Sequence record: PQ850593.1
DNA from: Escherichia phage AidaStucki_Bas93
Direction: 5' to 3' (one strand)
Length of the DNA stretch: 64,000 bases
The position numbers and the translations under genes are program-made. This document shows, one piece after another, positions 7,662-17,418 of the stretch; the stretch's first letter is position 1; each line of letters opens with the position of its first letter. The notes beneath the pieces were generated by a model that was not told where the DNA came from, did not search any database, and saw nothing but the letters and a program-made list of their open reading frames with translations.

Positions 7662-10220
7662 ATGATCGTTTATAATAACCAAGCACCTGATGCAGTGAAT
7701 AACGTTGGGCAGTTTGGTGCTACTGAAGGCTCTATCGGAGCTTACAAGCAAGCGGCAGAATATGCAGCTGATTCTAAGTATTGGTCACTGTTGGCAGAGG
7801 CTAAGTTTGGTACAGTTGATGACTTGATTGCTCAGGTTGAGATTCTATACAAACAAGGTGTTCTATTAAGAGAAGATATTGAAGACTTAAAACAAGACTT
7901 CATTGCACAAGATGCTCGTTTGATGAACCTCATTGCTCAAACTAACGCAGCTGTAGCTGATGCAAATAATGCAGTTGCTCTGATTAATCAGAAACTTGTA
8001 GAAGTTCAGAATCAACTCGACGTTCTGTTGGGAATGTCTGTTGACGTAACTACACTTCCTCCGGGAACTCCGGCTACTGGCTCTTTTAATCCGAACACTG
8101 GTGTAATCTCTCTGGGTATCCCAGAAGGTGATCCCGGAAAGGATGGTTCTGTTACTGACCTATCTGCTGCTCCTACCGGTACACCGGAGCTGGGGGACAT
8201 CGGTTTCTATGTTGACAAAGATGATAACATTGTTCACAAAACAACTCTCGAAGATATTGCAAACCTGATCCCATCTGTTCGTTCTGTTTCAGTTAACGAT
8301 GGCCCTGCGCTTGATGGTGAAGTTGCTCTTACACTCAACAAAGAGACGGTAGGTCTTGGGAACGTTTTGAACGTGGCTCAGTACAGCCGCCAAGAGATTA
8401 ATGATAAGTTTGACAAAACAACTAAAACCTACCAATCGAAAGCCGAAGCTGATGCGGATGCTCAATACCGACAGGTAGGAGAAAAGGTTTTGGTGTGGGA
8501 CTCAACGAAGTATGAATTCTATACTGTTGCAGCGAATAAAACCCTTACTCCGGTTAAAACAGAAGGTCGTATCCTAACTGTTAACTCCCGTGCTCCTGAT
8601 TCAACTGGTAACATCGATATCGTAATCCCAACAGGAAACCCATCTTTGTATTTAGGGGAGATGGTAATGTTCCCTTATGACCCAGCTAAAGCTGTCTCCT
8701 ATCCGGGCATTCTTCCTGCGGACGGTCGTTTGGTGTCAAAAGAATCTGCTTTGGATTTAGGCCCATCCCTTATCAGTGGACAACTCCCTGTTGTTTCTGA
8801 AACAGAGTGGCAAGCTGGTGCTAAGCAGTATTTCTCTTGGGGTAAATTAGCCGATGGCATCACTGATGCAGATTCTACTAACTATATCAATATCCGTCTT
8901 CCTGATTGGACAGGCGGTGAGGCTATTCGATCCCCTGATTCTGTAAAAGATAGTGCATATAAAGGTAATGTTCAAAGTCAGGTCCCTTATGTAGTCACTG
9001 TAAATAACCAAGCTCCTGATGAGATTACAGGTAACGTCAATATCTCCAGATCTATCTTAGGTGCTGCTGCTGCTGGTGCAAACTCTGATATAACATCTCT
9101 CGCAGGGCTTACAACAGCGCTTTCTGTCACTCAGGGTGGAACAGGTGCAAAGAATTCCAATGATGCTAAGGTAAATTTAGATTTAGACAGAATAGAGCAA
9201 GGTTCTGGAGAGACTAAGATCCTATCTCCAAATAAAGAAACCTACATGTTTGTTGATAATGACGGGTGGGGTTGTTACCGTACCACGGCTGGGTTGGTCG
9301 GTACTGTAGCTTTGTCAGTTGAGAGAGGGGGCACTGGAGCAACAGATGTTGCTAGTGCAAGAGATAATCTAGGACTTAAATCTCTTTCTACATTAGATAT
9401 TGTTCCAGTAACAAAAGGTGGTACAGGTGCTAGTGATGCTGCCGGTGCAAGGTTTAATTTGGGGTTGGGAAATGTTTCTACTCTGGACAACGTACCAATC
9501 GCTAGTGGTGGTACAGGTGCTAGTGATGCTGCCGGTGCCCGAAGCAACCTCGGAGCGCTGAGTAACACTCCAGCAAACACAGGTGCAGGTAATACTGGTG
9601 CGCGAGTCCAACATGCCACCGGAAGAGGTCTGTTTACTTTAGACATGTTTAACTGCTACTGGTATATGCAGCCAGAGGATACTAACTTCTGGGTTGCCCA
9701 CGGTGTGTCATATGCAGGGCCTAATGGCGAAGCCTCAGAGTATGGTCGTATATCTTACGCAATAAAGATTGCAGATGGAACAACAAAATATGTCCATTGT
9801 CTTACAAACAAAAACACCATCATTGATACAGGCGGATTTATCAAAGCGGCATCTCCGGTAGTTAACATTTATGCCAACGGTCGGTATGAAACGAACGATG
9901 AGTCTGAGGGGGTTAGTGTCATCCGGCAGGGTATTGGTGAATATCTGATTACCGGTTGCCTCGGTCTTAACTCTGATGCAAGATGGGGTGGGGTGGATGG
10001 GGGGTTTGAAATCCCAACAGATCGCAACAAGCAACCTAGGATTTGGCTGGACTATGAGGTTAAAGAAGATGGTTCTATTTTAGTTAAAACCTATCACAGA
10101 ACTCACCCAACCTCTCCAGTTTTTGCTAGAAACGAGATAGAAGGTTTTTCTGATGGGGACCCTATTGATATTCCAAGTGATGCTTTTATCTCAGTTCGTG
10201 TAGAGATGCCAGCTGAGTAA
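7662..10220 (+). CDS. Tail fiber protein (852 aa) with a coiled-coil N-terminal region and Gly-rich GGTGA[ST]DAAGAR-x-NLGL repeats
   Basis: RBS AAGGAGATAAT upstream. Fiber-like repeats are encoded twice by a perfect 32-bp DNA repeat. Size and composition are typical of podovirus fibers. Confidence 0.6.
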   Translation: MIVYNNQAPDAVNNVGQFGATEGSIGAYKQAAEYAADSKYWSLLAEAKFGTVDDLIAQVEILYKQGVLLREDIEDLKQDFIAQDARLMNLIAQTNAAVADANNAVALINQKLVEVQNQLDVLLGMSVDVTTLPPGTPATGSFNPNTGVISLGIPEGDPGKDGSVTDLSAAPTGTPELGDIGFYVDKDDNIVHKTTLEDIANLIPSVRSVSVNDGPALDGEVALTLNKETVGLGNVLNVAQYSRQEINDKFDKTTKTYQSKAEADADAQYRQVGEKVLVWDSTKYEFYTVAANKTLTPVKTEGRILTVNSRAPDSTGNIDIVIPTGNPSLYLGEMVMFPYDPAKAVSYPGILPADGRLVSKESALDLGPSLISGQLPVVSETEWQAGAKQYFSWGKLADGITDADSTNYINIRLPDWTGGEAIRSPDSVKDSAYKGNVQSQVPYVVTVNNQAPDEITGNVNISRSILGAAAAGANSDITSLAGLTTALSVTQGGTGAKNSNDAKVNLDLDRIEQGSGETKILSPNKETYMFVDNDGWGCYRTTAGLVGTVALSVERGGTGATDVASARDNLGLKSLSTLDIVPVTKGGTGASDAAGARFNLGLGNVSTLDNVPIASGGTGASDAAGARSNLGALSNTPANTGAGNTGARVQHATGRGLFTLDMFNCYWYMQPEDTNFWVAHGVSYAGPNGEASEYGRISYAIKIADGTTKYVHCLTNKNTIIDTGGFIKAASPVVNIYANGRYETNDESEGVSVIRQGIGEYLITGCLGLNSDARWGGVDGGFEIPTDRNKQPRIWLDYEVKEDGSILVKTYHRTHPTSPVFARNEIEGFSDGDPIDIPSDAFISVRVEMPAE
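9417..9448 (+). repeat. Copy 1 of a perfect 32-bp direct repeat inside the tail fiber gene (copy 2 at 9507-9538)
   Basis: GGTGGTACAGGTGCTAGTGATGCTGCCGGTGC occurs twice, 90 bp apart, encoding GGTGASDAAGA in both copies. Confidence 0.8.
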
Positions 10221-10262
10221 ATAAAACATGCTCCCTTCGGGGAGCTTTATGGAGGATTATAA

Positions 10263-12140
10263 ATGTCTAGAGAATTAATGCCCAAATCTGGGATAATGAT
10301 GCCTCATGTGGTAGTTACTAGAGATGCCGCAGTTGTGGGTGTGTCTACAGTTGATGGCGTGGCAGGTGCTGTTAATTTAACAGATAAATATCTACAAAAG
10401 TCTGATGCTGAAGCAACATATCAAACGAAAGCAGAAGGGGCTACTAAGCAATATGTAACCGATGCTATTAACCCTATTATGACAAATGCTCTGTTTAAAG
10501 ATGACCCTTTTGTCAATAATGATACACCTATCCGCTCTGGTGGCGGTAATGGTGTTGAATCAGTGGATATGATTAAAGTTACCCCCGAGAACTCTATCAA
10601 ACTAGGGAGTTATGCTTCTTCTGTTCAGGGGGTTGAGATTCACTCTGCTGGTCGTGTTCAGGTTGTTGATCAGAATGATGGTGGAGTAGAAACTAAGTAT
10701 CCTATCTATTCTAAAAGGTATCGTCCTGAGATTGAGGATTTGCCTTTCGCTGCAATTGGTTCTTATGTCAAGGATTCTCAAGGTCGTACTGTTGGTGTTA
10801 CTCGTACAGGGATTAACTCTGATATCAAACAGCTTACTCAGAAGGTGACTTTCACTCAACCAGTTACTGTTCCTGATGCAGTTGGAGATTATGATGCAGT
10901 TACTTTGAGACAGCTTCGTAACAGTGGTGGTGGCTCTGGCGGTCCTACCATGAGCGGTATTTCTAACTTTGGTATTGGTGATTTTCATTTACGTGACAGC
11001 CGTGCTTTCATTCCCGCTTTTGAAGTAACCTCTGATGGACAGCTTCTCAGTCGTTCAGAGTATCCAGACCTTTGGGCTTATGCTCAACTGTTGACACCTA
11101 TCTCGGATGCTGATTGGTTGGCTGATCCTCAGAAACGTGGTAAATACTCAACAGGTGATGGTTCTACTACTTTCCGTGTCCCTGACCGAAATGGTGTCCA
11201 ATCAGGTTCAATTAAAGAGTTGTTTGGGAGAGGGGACGGAGGATCTTCCTCTAACAATGGTACAATCTACGAAGCAGCAGCGCCAGACATTGGAGGGGCA
11301 GCAGCTGGCGTATCTCAAGGTACTTATGCGCAAATTTTTGGTACAGCATCAAGAGGTGCGTTTTTCGCAGATAACGGTTTATATCCACAAGGTCAAGGTG
11401 AAACTATTCCGGGCGGAGCTGGTGCTACAGAAGGTCGTCAGAATACTCTGAATTTCCTAGCAAGTAGATCTAATGCTACTTATGGGAGATACGGTGTTTC
11501 AGATAACATCCTCCCTCGTAACTTTATTGGTGTTTGGACTATCCGTGCGCATGGTGGTTTTACGGCAGCTAACACTTCTTGGTCTGTGATTAATAGTGGC
11601 ACTACTGTACCTCCACCTAACGCGGTTGTTTACGGCGGTCAAGTTTCCAGTGAGTACAGAGTCAACGGTGCACTACGTGTAGGCTCAAGCATCATGACGC
11701 GCTATACGGAAAATGGAGAAATTATCCCGATTGTTCGTGTTACTGATAACCGTACAGGTACGTCATCGTCTTATGACAGACCACTCCGTGATGCTTATCA
11801 GGTTACCAATACTGGAACAGGGGGTCGGTCACTTAACATCGTTAAAAACAATACTCGCGGTTGGCAAACTATATCGTGCCGTTTTCCTGTAACATGCCCT
11901 CCTAACTCAGCTACAAACTGGAACTGGAATTTTGTAAGCGAAGGAGCAACACCATTCGTCAACTATCCTGGGATATCGGCTAATGGGGAAAGTAGTAACT
12001 CTGCGGACTGGTTGGTTCAGGTGGAAGGTATTACAGGTAGTCAGTGTGCAGGCTTTATTCACAACAAATCATCAGCAACTTTGGTAGTATGGGTGATGTT
12101 AATCGCACACGGCATAATTGCCTCAACCTGGGAGGGATAA
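10263..12140 (+). CDS. Second tail fiber or tailspike-like protein (625 aa)
   Basis: RBS ATGGAGGATTATAA upstream. Gly/Ser/Thr-rich beta-rich composition (GGGSGGPTMSG). Follows the first fiber. Confidence 0.45.
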   Translation: MSRELMPKSGIMMPHVVVTRDAAVVGVSTVDGVAGAVNLTDKYLQKSDAEATYQTKAEGATKQYVTDAINPIMTNALFKDDPFVNNDTPIRSGGGNGVESVDMIKVTPENSIKLGSYASSVQGVEIHSAGRVQVVDQNDGGVETKYPIYSKRYRPEIEDLPFAAIGSYVKDSQGRTVGVTRTGINSDIKQLTQKVTFTQPVTVPDAVGDYDAVTLRQLRNSGGGSGGPTMSGISNFGIGDFHLRDSRAFIPAFEVTSDGQLLSRSEYPDLWAYAQLLTPISDADWLADPQKRGKYSTGDGSTTFRVPDRNGVQSGSIKELFGRGDGGSSSNNGTIYEAAAPDIGGAAAGVSQGTYAQIFGTASRGAFFADNGLYPQGQGETIPGGAGATEGRQNTLNFLASRSNATYGRYGVSDNILPRNFIGVWTIRAHGGFTAANTSWSVINSGTTVPPPNAVVYGGQVSSEYRVNGALRVGSSIMTRYTENGEIIPIVRVTDNRTGTSSSYDRPLRDAYQVTNTGTGGRSLNIVKNNTRGWQTISCRFPVTCPPNSATNWNWNFVSEGATPFVNYPGISANGESSNSADWLVQVEGITGSQCAGFIHNKSSATLVVWVMLIAHGIIASTWEG

Positions 12141-12141
12141 T

Positions 12142-12351
12142 ATGGTCACTACAAATGTTAATTACGCTAAGACGGCTGAAATGAGACTTGCAACATGTGT
12201 AACTAAAATACAGGAATGCACAGCAATGGCGAGTTTCGTTGATGAATATAAGGACAAACTGGTCGAGTGGCAGAACTACTACATTGCTGCAAAACCTTTG
12301 AGTGATGCAGGAAAGTTTGAAGAGCTTTTCAACATCCCACTTCCCGACTAG
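12142..12351 (+). CDS. Small protein downstream of the fiber gene (possible fiber assembly factor). Its start was trimmed to the ATG preceded by a Shine-Dalgarno sequence.
   Basis: RBS GGGAGGGATAAT 6 nt before the ATG at 12142. The tool ORF began at an upstream in-frame ATG with no Shine-Dalgarno sequence. Confidence 0.35.
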   Translation: MVTTNVNYAKTAEMRLATCVTKIQECTAMASFVDEYKDKLVEWQNYYIAAKPLSDAGKFEELFNIPLPD

Positions 12352-12407
12352 TCTGGCAAGTAATCTACAGTCCTGCTATGATGCTCTGATTAACGGAGGA
12401 TGAAATC

Positions 12408-12569
12408 ATGGCAGGACGTCAAGTTACCTACACAACCCGTAGCTTAGGCGAGATTGTGAATCGCCTTGATCCTAAACGTTTAACGGAACCCAAAATAGTT
12501 TATATTCTGGATAACAGGAAGAGGGTCAAGAAGATTCTAATCTTTCTGATCCACGACTTTCGCTGAACA
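12408..12569 (+). CDS. Unlisted 53-aa ORF (MAGRQVTYTTRSLGEIVNRLDPKRL...)
   Basis: Strong RBS AACGGAGGATGAAATC before the ATG. It is below the 60-aa cutoff of the ORF track. Confidence 0.3.
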
Positions 12570-12704
12570 AAGGACTGGTGACCCCGGTTTAATCACAAAC
12601 TGGAGGTGGTTTTAATAAGGGACTTGAACACTAATGGAGGTGTTAATATTTTTGTTAAAATTGCATCATCTATAGCAGAACTTAAGTCTGATAAATAGTC
12701 TACT

Positions 12705-12722
12705 GCCCCTTCGGGGGCTTTA
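12705..12722 (+). terminator. Rho-independent terminator
   Basis: GCCCC TTCG GGGGC stem followed by TTTAG. Confidence 0.5.
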
Positions 12723-12791
12723 GTAGTAAGTATGTTCAAGAGGTAATGAAACTACTATATCACAAAAGGAATACACATAGGAGATACGAAG

Positions 12792-13010
12792 ATGAAAATG
12801 ATGAAACAAATCAGTTATGGGCTAGCTTGCGTTGCTACCGGTTTTGTTGTGTCAGTGGCTGTTCCTGTTAACGCAGTGCATCCTCTGATAACACAGCCTG
12901 CACCAGTTGAGAAGTTAAGTGCATCTTGTAAGCAGCGTACAATTCAGAATAATCTTGTGGTTATTTGTCCGGACTCTGATTCTAGTGCTCTGAGAAACAT
13001 GCTTCAGTAA
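12792..13010 (+). CDS. Small membrane or secreted protein directly upstream of the endolysin (candidate single-TMD holin or signal-anchored lysis factor)
   Basis: N-terminal hydrophobic segment GLACVATGFVVSVAVPVNA. RBS TAGGAGATACGAAG upstream. Position immediately 5' of the endolysin gene. Confidence 0.3.
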   Translation: MKMMKQISYGLACVATGFVVSVAVPVNAVHPLITQPAPVEKLSASCKQRTIQNNLVVICPDSDSSALRNMLQ

Positions 13011-13039
13011 TTTAGAGCTAACTGGAAGGGAGGTGAAAA

Positions 13040-13531
13040 ATGGATAATGTCGCATTGCCACCGATACAGCTGAGCTTAAGCCCAGACGGGATGGAATTCA
13101 TCATGAAGCATGAAGGTATGAGAACTCGTGCTTACAAAGATTCCGCAGGTATCTGGACGATATGTGTTGGGGCTACGCGCGATATGAATGGGTATCCAGT
13201 TAGACAGGGATTAACGTATTCTATAGAGGATTGTCTAGCTCTGCTAGATAGAGACACACAAGACTCTGTTCGTGCCACTCAGAAAAATATTAGGGTTCCT
13301 TTGTTAACCCACGAGTTTGATGCTCTCACCTCTTTCAACTTCAACGTTGGTGGTGAGGCTTTATCAACTTCTAAACTTAGGAAAGTTATTAACGGAGATG
13401 TGAAGGGTGATGTTTATTCCGAATTTCTTCGTTGGGATAAAATAACGGTAAGGGGAGAGAAGCAGAGAAGTCAGGGTCTTCATAACAGAAGGGTTGCAGA
13501 AGCTGATCTTTACACCGAAGGTAAATATTAA
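13040..13531 (+). CDS. Endolysin, T4 lysozyme family (GH24 muramidase)
   Basis: Catalytic triad context EGMRTRAYKDSAGIWTICVG (Glu ... Asp ... Thr), as in the T4 lysozyme E11/D20/T26 triad. RBS GGAAGGGAGGTGAAAA upstream. Confidence 0.9.
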   Translation: MDNVALPPIQLSLSPDGMEFIMKHEGMRTRAYKDSAGIWTICVGATRDMNGYPVRQGLTYSIEDCLALLDRDTQDSVRATQKNIRVPLLTHEFDALTSFNFNVGGEALSTSKLRKVINGDVKGDVYSEFLRWDKITVRGEKQRSQGLHNRRVAEADLYTEGKY

Positions 13532-13543
13532 TGGAGGTGCCTT

Positions 13544-14347
13544 TTGGCTATCGAAACTAATGCGGTAGTTGTTACCGATTTAAACCCGCTCTATCCTAGA
13601 GACAGGGATTACATCTACGAAGGGGCGGCTCAAATCCGCCTCATTAAACAAACATTACAGAACACATTCCCAAATGTTACAGAGCCAGTTCAGTTGGACT
13701 CAGATTCTCTCAATATTCTGGCTAGCAAAGTTACCTTTACTGGTGACTCTATGGATGTTGGTGGGTTGATGATCAAGAATGCCACTCCGGGTACAGGTGA
13801 TAGCGATGTTGTCACTAAAGGCCAGATGGAAGCTTTCATGCAGAACTGGATGGCTAATAAGCTTTACAGGATTGGCTCTTACTATATCACTGAAGAAGAT
13901 ATTAACCCCGGTGATAGTTCTTCTCTTGGTTTTGGCTCTTGGACTAAAGTGACTGGTGTTATTATGGGTACTGGTGTAGTAAACCCTGATGGCTCTGTTC
14001 CTAATGCTCAGAGGGTTGAATTCCAAGCAGGTGGTACTGGTGGTCGTGTATTCAATACCATTCGTACAGAGAACGTACCTTTGATGACAGTTAATGGCTC
14101 CAGCTTCTCTTTATCCAGCAACACCCACAGTCACAACATGGTATTTGGTCGTGGAGATGCTAGTGGTCATAACAGCTCACCTAACTGGTATAGTCCGGGT
14201 GGTGGTTACAGTCAGAGAACTGATAATGACACTCACACTCATACAATCTCTGGTAGTGTAAGTCTTGGTCGTGATGATATCTCTCGTCAACCTATTAACA
14301 CTTTGCCACCATTCAGAGCGGCTCACATTTGGAGACGTATTAGTTAA
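13544..14347 (+). CDS. Hypothetical tail or virion protein (267 aa)
   Basis: In the structural operon. Gly/Ser/Thr-rich beta composition. Confidence 0.3.
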   Translation: MAIETNAVVVTDLNPLYPRDRDYIYEGAAQIRLIKQTLQNTFPNVTEPVQLDSDSLNILASKVTFTGDSMDVGGLMIKNATPGTGDSDVVTKGQMEAFMQNWMANKLYRIGSYYITEEDINPGDSSSLGFGSWTKVTGVIMGTGVVNPDGSVPNAQRVEFQAGGTGGRVFNTIRTENVPLMTVNGSSFSLSSNTHSHNMVFGRGDASGHNSSPNWYSPGGGYSQRTDNDTHTHTISGSVSLGRDDISRQPINTLPPFRAAHIWRRIS

Positions 14348-14356
14348 GGAGGAATT

Positions 14357-17300
14357 ATGGCGCTGTATCCAATAAAGTCACTAGGTGCTGTAGGCGTTAT
14401 CGCTGATCAGGCTCCGACAGACTTAGCTCCTAATGCTTTCACTAATGCTATAAATGCTCGATTTGTTGAGCAGAGAGTGTTTAAGACGGGGGGCAATGCC
14501 CCTCTTTCTTATGTAGATGAAGATAAGGATTTAACCCCTCTGTCTTTCGTGTCTATGCCTTTCGATTATTATAGCGCAGGTAATAGCTTTCTTGTTGTAG
14601 GTACGAATAAGAAGTTATATAAACTGACAGATGAAAGCTTGACTGACATTAGCCGTAAGGTTGCTACAGTCACTAAGAAGGCTTCTGCCTCAATTAAGAT
14701 CTATCCAGTTGTTTCTCAAATCGTTCCTAAAGAATCAACTATTTCAATGAACTTCAATCAGACTAAGAATCTAGAAGTTTCTCTTCTTCCTGCTGATGCT
14801 AACAATACCGACCTTGTTTGGGAGGTTAGTAATTCAACCTATGGAAGTATTGCAGTAGACCCTAATGATTCTAAACTTGCTACTCTAACATCTTTTGAGA
14901 GAGAGGGGAATCTTGTAGTAACCATCTCTACTGCTGATGATTCTGTAGTGGCTCAGATTGCTGTGAACATTATAGATGGTGATTCGGGAATCTTCTTGAG
15001 TCAGGACACTGTTACTATCCGTAAAGGAGGGACTACCACTCTTACGGCTGTTACTGGTAAAACCCCTGTTACTTGGTCTAGCAGTAATGCTTCTATTGTA
15101 TCCGTAACCCCTAACGCTAATTCTCTAACTTCTGTTATTACTGCTAATGGTGAGGGCAACGTAACAATCACTGCCGATAATGGAACGAAGACTGCTTCTT
15201 GTGAGGTTGTTTCTATACCTCAGATTGATAGCATCTCTTTAAGCCAGTCGGATGTTATTGTAAGCAGAGGTTCTCAGTACATCTTAACTGCTACCCTTTC
15301 TCCTGCTGATGCCCCTAATCAAAACATTACTTGGACCTCTTCTAATCCAAATATTGCAACAGTATCAGGGACTAGTACACAAGGGACGATCAATGCCTTA
15401 CTTGCTGGATTTACTGAGATTACGGCTACCACTGAAGAAGGTAACAGAGTTGCTGTCTGTACTGTACGAGTAGATTTAGCTGGAAGGGCGATGAGAACAA
15501 GTGCTATGGCATTTGCTGCACCTGCATCAGAACCAATTGAATCACAAGAGGAAGAAGTAGTAACTTCTCCTGAAAGTGAAGAGACGGTTTATTTTGCTGA
15601 TCCTGTGTCTGGTATCGATACGTCAGGGATGTATGAAGGTAATAACTTCTACGACTACTCTAACGTGAACGACATTGAAGGTTTTGCAAGAGCTTCTTTA
15701 CTAGAAACCCCTTTGTCATCCGTAACCTTGGATGTTGTCAGTGCTTCTCTTGATGTTGGTGAGGAAATAGTTATTACAGCTACAGCTTCTCCAGAAGGTG
15801 AGTATTCCTATCAGTGGTCTGTCGATAAGACTGGTTATGTTTCTACAACTTCAGTTACTGGTAAATCTATCAAACTGGTTGCTCTTCGTAAAGGAGAGAT
15901 TAACGTAACATGTACTGTCAGTCAGATGACCCAGAAAGATTACGATGCTTTTGATGACTACCCTTGGTATCACGCTGTTATCTCTAACTGTGCAGTTGCT
16001 ACAACTCACTATGAAACTCCTCAGGTAAAAGAGTTCGAATCAGAATACTTTGTAGACCTTCCGGGGTGGGGTGAGCAAACAGTTGTTGATAGTGATGGAA
16101 ACCCTTCAGTCAAAAAGTTTAACTGGAAATGTGAGAGAGTAAGATCTTTTAACAACCGTCTTTTTGCTCTGAATATGAGAGAGGCTAATGCTTCTGGTGT
16201 TACCACTAACTACCCTCTTCGTCTTCGTTGGTCTAATTTTGCCAACGAGAACAAAGCTCCTACTTTATGGGATGACTTTGCCTATGATCGAGTTGTGTCT
16301 TCGGACTTGGCTTCTAACATCGTAGGACAGACTCAGGCTTTAGAAAATGGATATGCTGGTTACATCGACTTAGCTGACTCTAACGGCAGCTTGATTGATA
16401 TCCTACCTCTTAAAGATTACTTGTTCGTTTATACAGAGTTTGAAACGTACATTGGTTCTCCAACTAATAACACGTACCAACCTCTGATGTTCAAGAAACT
16501 CTTTAACGATTCCGGTATCCTTGCTCCTGAGTGTGTAGTAGAAGTTGAAGGTAGTCATTTCGTAGTTACTCAGAACGATGTAATCTTACACAATGGTGCA
16601 ACTAAGAAGTCAATCGCTTCTAACCGTGTTAAGAATATGCTAATTAATGAGATATGTCTGGTTAACCCTTTAGCTACTCGAGTACATTTGCATCAGGATA
16701 AGAAAGAAGTTTGGATTCTGTACGTAGGTCCGGGAGAACCAAAAGAAAGCTTCGCTTGTACTAAAGCTGCTGTATGGAACTACGAGTTTGATACTTGGTC
16801 CTTCCGTACTATTCCTTATGCTCAGTGTATCGGTCTAGTTGACCCTCCTGTTTTAGAGAGAGGTCCAATCTGGTCTGACTTCCAAGAGATCACTTGGGAT
16901 GACCAATCTATCAAAGAACTCGTTTGGAGAAAGGATGCAACAAACTTTAGACAGAGGGTTACGATAGTAGGTTCGTTCTTGAGGGGGTTCTATCAAGTGG
17001 ATGTAGGTGCTCTTGATTATTTCTATGATAGGCTTAATGATAAGATTATAGAAAAACCACTGGAGATGAGGTTAGAGAGAACTGGCATTGATTTTGATAA
17101 CATCACTAATGAGTGGAATCAAAAGCATATCAATAGGTTCAGACCTCAGACGACAGGTTCTGGTACGTATACTTTTGAGGCGGGTGGTAGTCAATTCTCT
17201 AACGAGTATGGTCATCCACATACATCCAAGACGTATACGATTGGTGTTGATAGGCATGTCTCGGTGAGACTGAACCATCCATACCTTTTCTATAATGTTA

Positions 17301-17374
17301 TAGATAATGATGTTAACAGCAATGCTGCTATCAATGGATTAACGATAGAGTTTGCTGTTGGCGGGCGGAGATAA
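14357..17374 (+). CDS. Large virion or tail protein (1005 aa) containing tandem Big_2 Ig-like domains
   Basis: RBS TAAGGAGGAATT upstream. Repeated Big_2-like segments (for example SISLSQSDVIVSRGSQYILTATLSPADAPNQNITWTSSNPNIATVS). Confidence 0.5.
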   Translation: MALYPIKSLGAVGVIADQAPTDLAPNAFTNAINARFVEQRVFKTGGNAPLSYVDEDKDLTPLSFVSMPFDYYSAGNSFLVVGTNKKLYKLTDESLTDISRKVATVTKKASASIKIYPVVSQIVPKESTISMNFNQTKNLEVSLLPADANNTDLVWEVSNSTYGSIAVDPNDSKLATLTSFEREGNLVVTISTADDSVVAQIAVNIIDGDSGIFLSQDTVTIRKGGTTTLTAVTGKTPVTWSSSNASIVSVTPNANSLTSVITANGEGNVTITADNGTKTASCEVVSIPQIDSISLSQSDVIVSRGSQYILTATLSPADAPNQNITWTSSNPNIATVSGTSTQGTINALLAGFTEITATTEEGNRVAVCTVRVDLAGRAMRTSAMAFAAPASEPIESQEEEVVTSPESEETVYFADPVSGIDTSGMYEGNNFYDYSNVNDIEGFARASLLETPLSSVTLDVVSASLDVGEEIVITATASPEGEYSYQWSVDKTGYVSTTSVTGKSIKLVALRKGEINVTCTVSQMTQKDYDAFDDYPWYHAVISNCAVATTHYETPQVKEFESEYFVDLPGWGEQTVVDSDGNPSVKKFNWKCERVRSFNNRLFALNMREANASGVTTNYPLRLRWSNFANENKAPTLWDDFAYDRVVSSDLASNIVGQTQALENGYAGYIDLADSNGSLIDILPLKDYLFVYTEFETYIGSPTNNTYQPLMFKKLFNDSGILAPECVVEVEGSHFVVTQNDVILHNGATKKSIASNRVKNMLINEICLVNPLATRVHLHQDKKEVWILYVGPGEPKESFACTKAAVWNYEFDTWSFRTIPYAQCIGLVDPPVLERGPIWSDFQEITWDDQSIKELVWRKDATNFRQRVTIVGSFLRGFYQVDVGALDYFYDRLNDKIIEKPLEMRLERTGIDFDNITNEWNQKHINRFRPQTTGSGTYTFEAGGSQFSNEYGHPHTSKTYTIGVDRHVSVRLNHPYLFYNVIDNDVNSNAAINGLTIEFAVGGRR

Positions 17375-17378
17375 CAAC

Positions 17379-17410
17379 AAGGGGCTTCGTGCCCCTTTTA
17401 TTGTTTTTGG
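17379..17410 (+). terminator. Rho-independent terminator
   Basis: GGGGC TTCGT GCCCC stem followed by TTTTATTGTTTTT. The tool ORF start at 17389 lies inside this hairpin. Confidence 0.65.
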
Positions 17411-17418
17411 AGGAACTT

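Noticed and set aside
9275-9646. Possible CRISPR-like or tandem repeat array in the tail fiber region
   Set aside because: There are only two copies of a 32-bp repeat, both in frame within a coding sequence and encoding a fiber Gly-rich motif. There is no spacer-repeat periodicity and no leader.
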